IMG/VR virus record: IMGVR_UViG_3300045988_173726 | Location: 128,001 to 192,000 of that record | Source: a virus | Direction: 5' to 3' (one strand) | DNA: 64,000 nt | The notes under the pieces: generated by a model | Databases searched by the model: none | What the model was told of the DNA's origin: nothing | Seen by the model: the letters and a program-made list of their open reading frames with translations, nothing else | Shown: positions 60,303 to 64,000 of the stretch, piece by piece | How positions within the stretch are numbered: position 1 is the first letter of the stretch | Layout: each line of letters begins with the position of its first letter | Translations under genes and position numbers: made by a program

Positions 60303-62429
60303 ATGAGAGAGTTAGTTTTGCTTCGCGGGTTGCCTGCGAGCGGGAAGTCAAGCTTTGTAGAAGAGTACGGCTTGGGGGCATATACCTTAAGCCTTGATGA
60401 CTTTCGGATTAAGGTAAACAGTGTAGAGCTTACAAGGGACGGCGGCTATACGATTTCACAGGTGACGAATACGCTGGTTTATAAGCAGTTTATGTCTGTT
60501 TTAGTGGCTCGTATGGGGTTAGGCGAGTTCACGGTGGTAGACGCTTGTCATGTAAACAGGAAGAGCGCAAAACAGGTACTAGAGTTAGCCGAGAAGTATA
60601 ATTATCGTGTTAGCGTGGTAAACTTAAATGTCTCTGTAGAAGAGAGCAAGAGAAGAAACCGGTTTCGAGAAGAGTATAAGCGTGTTCCCGATGCGGTGAT
60701 TGATAGGATGGCAAGTAGGTGGGAAGATGACTTGCTTTTGCCGGAGATTAAGAAAGAGGATTTTGCTGACTTTCTAAGGCTTAGTGTAGACGAGTTAAAG
60801 GGAAGGTATCGGGGCGTAGTCGTAATCGGAGACATTCATAGCAGTGTGTATCCGCTTAGAAAGGTCATTAAGCAGTTCGATGACAGATTTCTCTATGTGT
60901 TTGTCGGAGACTATTTTGACAGAGGAGACTCGCCCGTAGAGACCTTTAAGCTTGTGGAAGAGCTGTCTACGAAAGAGAATATCGTGATGCTCCTTGGAAA
61001 CCATGAGCATCACATGCGGGATTATCTTTTTGGGGAGTTTGACTCGCTTCCGAGACAGGCAAAAGAGACCTATAGAGCGTTTAAGGAAGCAGGGATTTCG
61101 GAGGTTCGGGTTCGAGAGTTTTACGATAGGCTTCGAGATTATTATGCTTTTAAGGTGTTTGGGAAGAGGTATTTTGTGTGCCATGCGGGAGTCCCGTTTA
61201 TCCCCGAGAGAGCTAAGTTTATCAGTACCAGACAGCTTACAGGTGGTTTAGAGGACGGAGCTGGAGAGATTGATACGATTTACACAGCGAACGCGCTTAA
61301 GCGTGGCTTGGTAACGGATGACGGAGAGTATTTAGGATTTATTCAGATTCACGGTCATTTGAATACGCCGTCAACTATCTTTAGCTATAGCCTTGAGGAT
61401 AGTGTAGAGTTTGGTGGAAACTTAAAGTATGCGGTAATCAATCCGAACAGGGTGACGCCGTCTATTTGCAAGGTAAGTAACAAGTTTGCTGGGGTAGGTG
61501 AGAGGGCTACAGGGATTACGGTAGCAGATGCCCGTGTAAACGCACTTTTGCAGAAGGTAGGAATCAGAGTTAAGGATTTAGGCGACTATTACAGCGTAAA
61601 CTTTTCTCCGACAGTGTTTTATAACAGGTATTGGAACGAGTATACGGTAAAGGCACGGGGCTTGTTTATCGAGAAGGGTACGGGAAAGGTCGTTGCGCGG
61701 AGTTACGACAAGTTTTTTAATGTCGGTGAGCTGGATAGCGAAGAAGGGATTGCGGAGAAGCTTAGATTTCCTGTTACCTTTCGGGAGAAGGCAAATGGAT
61801 TTTTAGGGATTGCCGCTATGTATCGTAAGACAGGGGAAGAGAAGCGTGAGTTAAAGCTGTTTTCTAAGTCTATGGACAAGGGACAGTTCGTTTCGATGCT
61901 TCGCGAGGCGTGGGATAGCTTAAAGCCAGAGACACGGTATGTCCTAAAGAGAATTATGGTAGAGCGGCATGTGTCTGCGATTTTTGAGGTAATCCACCCG
62001 AACGACAGGCATATCGTAGATTATAAGGACGCGACTAAGCTGTATCTCTTAAACTTTGTAGAGAACTCATTAAGCACGAAGGTTTACGCGCCAGAGGAGT
62101 TACTGGGAGAGGACGGTTTGTCGGTAATTTTAAGCGACAGCGGAATAAGTCTGCCGAAAGTGCTTGCCATAGCGCATGGTAGGGACGAGTGGCGTAAAGC
62201 GGTAACGGAGCTTTCGCTTAGAAAAGACATTGAGGGTGCGGTATCGGTAGACAAGCGCGGGTTTATGGTGAAAGTAAAGACGAATTGGTATCGCGACCTT
62301 AAGGCTAGCAGAAAGGCGCTTGAGTACGGCAGAGACATAAACGCTTTCACGCATTACGCGATTAAGCACGGTCTTGAGAAAGAGAGCGTGGTTGTGATTA
62401 AGCGGCAGATGGATAAGGAGGGACGGTAA
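60303..62429 (+). CDS. pnkp: Pnkp-type trifunctional RNA repair enzyme (5'-kinase / metallophosphoesterase / ATP-dependent ligase)
   Basis: 708 aa. SD AAGGAGA. Kinase P-loop LLRGLPASGKSSF. Phosphoesterase motifs VIGDIHSS, GDYFDRGD, LLGNHEHH, VCHAG, IHGH. Ligase motifs I EKANGF, III IFEVIHP, IV EGAVSVD, V MVKVKT. Same domain order as Clostridium thermocellum Pnkp. Confidence 0.75.
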   Translation: MRELVLLRGLPASGKSSFVEEYGLGAYTLSLDDFRIKVNSVELTRDGGYTISQVTNTLVYKQFMSVLVARMGLGEFTVVDACHVNRKSAKQVLELAEKYNYRVSVVNLNVSVEESKRRNRFREEYKRVPDAVIDRMASRWEDDLLLPEIKKEDFADFLRLSVDELKGRYRGVVVIGDIHSSVYPLRKVIKQFDDRFLYVFVGDYFDRGDSPVETFKLVEELSTKENIVMLLGNHEHHMRDYLFGEFDSLPRQAKETYRAFKEAGISEVRVREFYDRLRDYYAFKVFGKRYFVCHAGVPFIPERAKFISTRQLTGGLEDGAGEIDTIYTANALKRGLVTDDGEYLGFIQIHGHLNTPSTIFSYSLEDSVEFGGNLKYAVINPNRVTPSICKVSNKFAGVGERATGITVADARVNALLQKVGIRVKDLGDYYSVNFSPTVFYNRYWNEYTVKARGLFIEKGTGKVVARSYDKFFNVGELDSEEGIAEKLRFPVTFREKANGFLGIAAMYRKTGEEKRELKLFSKSMDKGQFVSMLREAWDSLKPETRYVLKRIMVERHVSAIFEVIHPNDRHIVDYKDATKLYLLNFVENSLSTKVYAPEELLGEDGLSVILSDSGISLPKVLAIAHGRDEWRKAVTELSLRKDIEGAVSVDKRGFMVKVKTNWYRDLKASRKALEYGRDINAFTHYAIKHGLEKESVVVIKRQMDKEGR

Positions 62430-62430
62430 G

Positions 62431-63270
62431 ATGGTTGTATTCATGTTTGAGCATTCCAGTATGTTTGTCTGGATTTGGATAATGCTCTTGATTGCCTTTG
62501 GAAAGGGCGTGTATCGGTTTGTTAGGGGCAAGGGAGATTTTTCTTCTCGTCTCAAGGCGGTAAAGGAAGAGTATTTTGCAAAGGATTTCGAGGGGCTTTC
62601 GACTTCGGTCATTTTCCTTGGGTTAGCGGTGCTTTTCCTGCTTAGTTATCTTTTGCTTGAGCATGGGGACGTGTCTAAGCGGTATTTGATTCATGTAGCG
62701 GAGAGTGAGGCGATTCAGAGTTCTTCCCTAAGCGTGAAGCCGATTGAGGCAGAGTTTACTGCGCCGCTTGACGCAGTGGTTTATTCAAGAGATGAGCAGA
62801 ACGGCGACAAGGTATCGGAGTTTACGCCGCTTAACGAGAAGAAGTCTATTGCTACGGTTACATTTGGGGACGGCGATGTAGTAAAGGGCAGGGAAACAAG
62901 TTTCATGGTAAATCGTGCGGACAAGTTTAAGGTTCGGACGAATCAGCAGTATAAAATCAATTATTCCGAGGTTTCTAAGGGGAAGTTAAGTATTTATCCA
63001 GACAGTGAGCAGAATCTTAGGAGCGTAAGATACAGAGTTACAGGGTTTAACAAGGGCTACAAGTATTACTTAGACGGAGTGACGCGGATTCCCGATGTAG
63101 AGGTAGAGCGTGGCGATACGATGATTACGTTATTTGCAACCTTTTCGCATAAGGAGAAGGATGATGACGAAGAGGGTAGCCTGCCTCCGTATCGTGTTGT
63201 GAAAGAGCATAGCATTATAGGGTATGACAAGGACTGGAACATTAAGGACTGCTACTTGATTAGGCAGTAA
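62431..63270 (+). CDS. Membrane protein (N-terminal TMs) with soluble C-terminal domain, function unknown
   Basis: 279 aa. Starts 1 nt after the pnkp stop (SD AGGAGGG). TMs FVWIWIMLLIAFG and VIFLGLAVLFLLSYLLL. Confidence 0.6.
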   Translation: MVVFMFEHSSMFVWIWIMLLIAFGKGVYRFVRGKGDFSSRLKAVKEEYFAKDFEGLSTSVIFLGLAVLFLLSYLLLEHGDVSKRYLIHVAESEAIQSSSLSVKPIEAEFTAPLDAVVYSRDEQNGDKVSEFTPLNEKKSIATVTFGDGDVVKGRETSFMVNRADKFKVRTNQQYKINYSEVSKGKLSIYPDSEQNLRSVRYRVTGFNKGYKYYLDGVTRIPDVEVERGDTMITLFATFSHKEKDDDEEGSLPPYRVVKEHSIIGYDKDWNIKDCYLIRQ

Positions 63271-63293
63271 GAGGTAGAGGGGGTGGATGGCGT

Positions 63294-63941
63294 TTGTTGT
63301 GTGTGTATATTTACTTGTTTTTTGTAGGTTTATGTGTTTTATGGATGTTTGTGATATTCGAGTGCGAATACGGTACGTTTTTCAGTGGTTTATCTTTATT
63401 TGTCGAACAGGTAAAGGTTAATCGTCTGCTGTCTCGTTCCGGCTATAAGTCTTGCCTAGATGTCGGTTCGGTCGCTGGTGTGCTTGAGTTGCCTTGTGGA
63501 GCTAGCCTTTTTGATGTAGACGGTGCAGAGGTAACAACACAGGGTAATCGCTTAGCGTTTGTGGGTAATCGTTTACAGGGAAAGCGATTAATGTTTGATA
63601 ATCGCTTACAGGTTAAAGACGGCATCAGTGTGGTTCACTATAAGGTTGGATTACCAAACGGTGCATCTGTTCGCAGGACGAAGCGGGGCAGTATCTCTCT
63701 TAAGAGGAGCGGCACAGTTTATACGATAAAGCGTAGTGGTTATAAGTGTGCGCGAATGTTTAGTCTTGTTGTTTACTCGCTAGACAGAAGTTTGCGGTGG
63801 TATCTGGACGGTGCAGAGATTGAGTTTCCGAAAGATGGGAATGTTTCGCTAGTCACTGCACCGGTCGGGCACATGGTTAGGTTGTTTGGTTATGACAGTG
63901 AGAATAGGCTCTGTGACGGGGTTATCATAAGGGTTGTATAA
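63294..63941 (+). CDS. Membrane-anchored protein with NRL repeats, function unknown
   Basis: 215 aa. TTG start 7 nt after GGGGGTGG. N-terminal TM YIYLFFVGLCVLWMFVIF. GNRLAFVGNRLQGKRLMFDNRLQ repeats. Start uncertain because a 44-aa ORF in another frame (63287-63421) shares the same SD. Confidence 0.45.
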   Translation: MLCVYIYLFFVGLCVLWMFVIFECEYGTFFSGLSLFVEQVKVNRLLSRSGYKSCLDVGSVAGVLELPCGASLFDVDGAEVTTQGNRLAFVGNRLQGKRLMFDNRLQVKDGISVVHYKVGLPNGASVRRTKRGSISLKRSGTVYTIKRSGYKCARMFSLVVYSLDRSLRWYLDGAEIEFPKDGNVSLVTAPVGHMVRLFGYDSENRLCDGVIIRVV

Positions 63942-63952
63942 GTGAGTACGAT

Positions 63953-64000
63953 ATGAAGTATGTTGAGGTTAAGATACCTGCATTTTTATTCTATTTGTTG
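63953..64000 (+). CDS. 5' end of a further + strand ORF (truncated by window)
   Basis: ATG 63953, MKYVEVKIPAFLFYLL..., open to the window end. Only 16 codons visible. Confidence 0.25.
   Translation, partial: MKYVEVKIPAFLFYLL

Noticed and set aside
5779-61251. Plus-strand alternative-frame ORFs (5779-6030, 12478-12747, 15911-16147, 18269-18484, 29638-30009, 37211-37429, 60994-61251)
   Set aside because: Embedded out of frame in well-supported genes. Arg/Thr/Lys-rich compositions typical of frame-shifted reading of acidic or Gly-rich repeats. No SD.
11367-62612. All other minus-strand ORFs in the track (e.g. 11367-11924, 12573-13196, 20601-21266, 28351-29034, 28835-29485, 30110-30505, 37184-37552, 37467-37856, 50491-50937, 54856-55299, 60795-61184, 62130-62612)
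   Set aside because: Each lies entirely inside a longer + strand ORF that has an SD and/or recognisable motifs. Their translations are S/L/P/R/H-rich shadows, especially opposite GAR/GAY acidic tracts. None has a plausible SD or intergenic context.
63287-63421. 44-aa hydrophobic ORF (MAFVVCVYLLVFCRFMCF...) sharing the SD of the 63294 ORF in another frame
   Set aside because: Cannot be distinguished from the 215-aa TTG-initiated ORF by sequence alone. The longer ORF was kept at reduced confidence and the short one is not reported as a feature.
1-64000. Interpretation as a tailed (jumbo) phage genome segment
   Set aside because: Pol/DnaX/HU/Ter/Pnkp genes do occur in large phages. However, I recognise no capsid, portal, terminase, tail or lysis genes. 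The VirB4-type N-terminal pattern plus an FtsK-like membrane ATPase, lipoproteins and pilin-like proteins fit a conjugation-type apparatus better. Kept as an open alternative, not a call.

Overview
All credible genes in this 64-kb window (48, one partial) lie on the + strand. Nearly all have strong Shine-Dalgarno sites. Gram-positive lipoboxes and clostridial-type cell-wall-binding repeats point to a Firmicutes host. Hairpin/T-tract terminators and a few near-consensus sigma-A promoters divide the genes into about a dozen transcription units. I read it as part of a large conjugative plasmid or ICE; a phage-plasmid cannot be excluded. No homology search was possible, so every name rests on motifs read by eye. 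Modules from left to right: (1) a stand-alone family-A DNA polymerase domain; (2) an operon of exported proteins including a 1394-aa giant; (3) acidic orphan proteins with a GNAT; (4) a monocistronic, apparently highly expressed orphan gene; (5) a DnaX-like clamp-loader ATPase; (6) a divergent Gram-positive T4SS-like block, with three paralogous small membrane proteins, an HU-like protein, a YdjM-like hydrolase, a 985-aa lipoprotein, a 1702-aa polytopic protein, two TadZ/CpaE-like pseudo-ATPases, a VirB4-like ATPase, a 47-aa microprotein, an FtsK-like coupling ATPase, a hyperacidic protein and a lipoprotein; (7) an SNF2 helicase plus lipoprotein; (8) a Zn-peptidase/vWA protein, a MoxR AAA+ and four tandem paralogs that share an unnamed domain with the vWA protein and with a Zn-finger P-loop protein, which is my top candidate for an undescribed system; (9) a Ter-type stress module (YceG-like, TelA, 3x TerD) with a PMCA-type Ca2+-ATPase where TerC is normally found; (10) a Hen1-less Pnkp-type RNA repair enzyme under a perfect consensus promoter. 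A roughly 270-nt non-coding element is duplicated upstream of the polymerase gene and of the Ter operon. I recognised no rRNA, tRNA, CRISPR array, transposase, integrase, relaxase, capsid or terminase.
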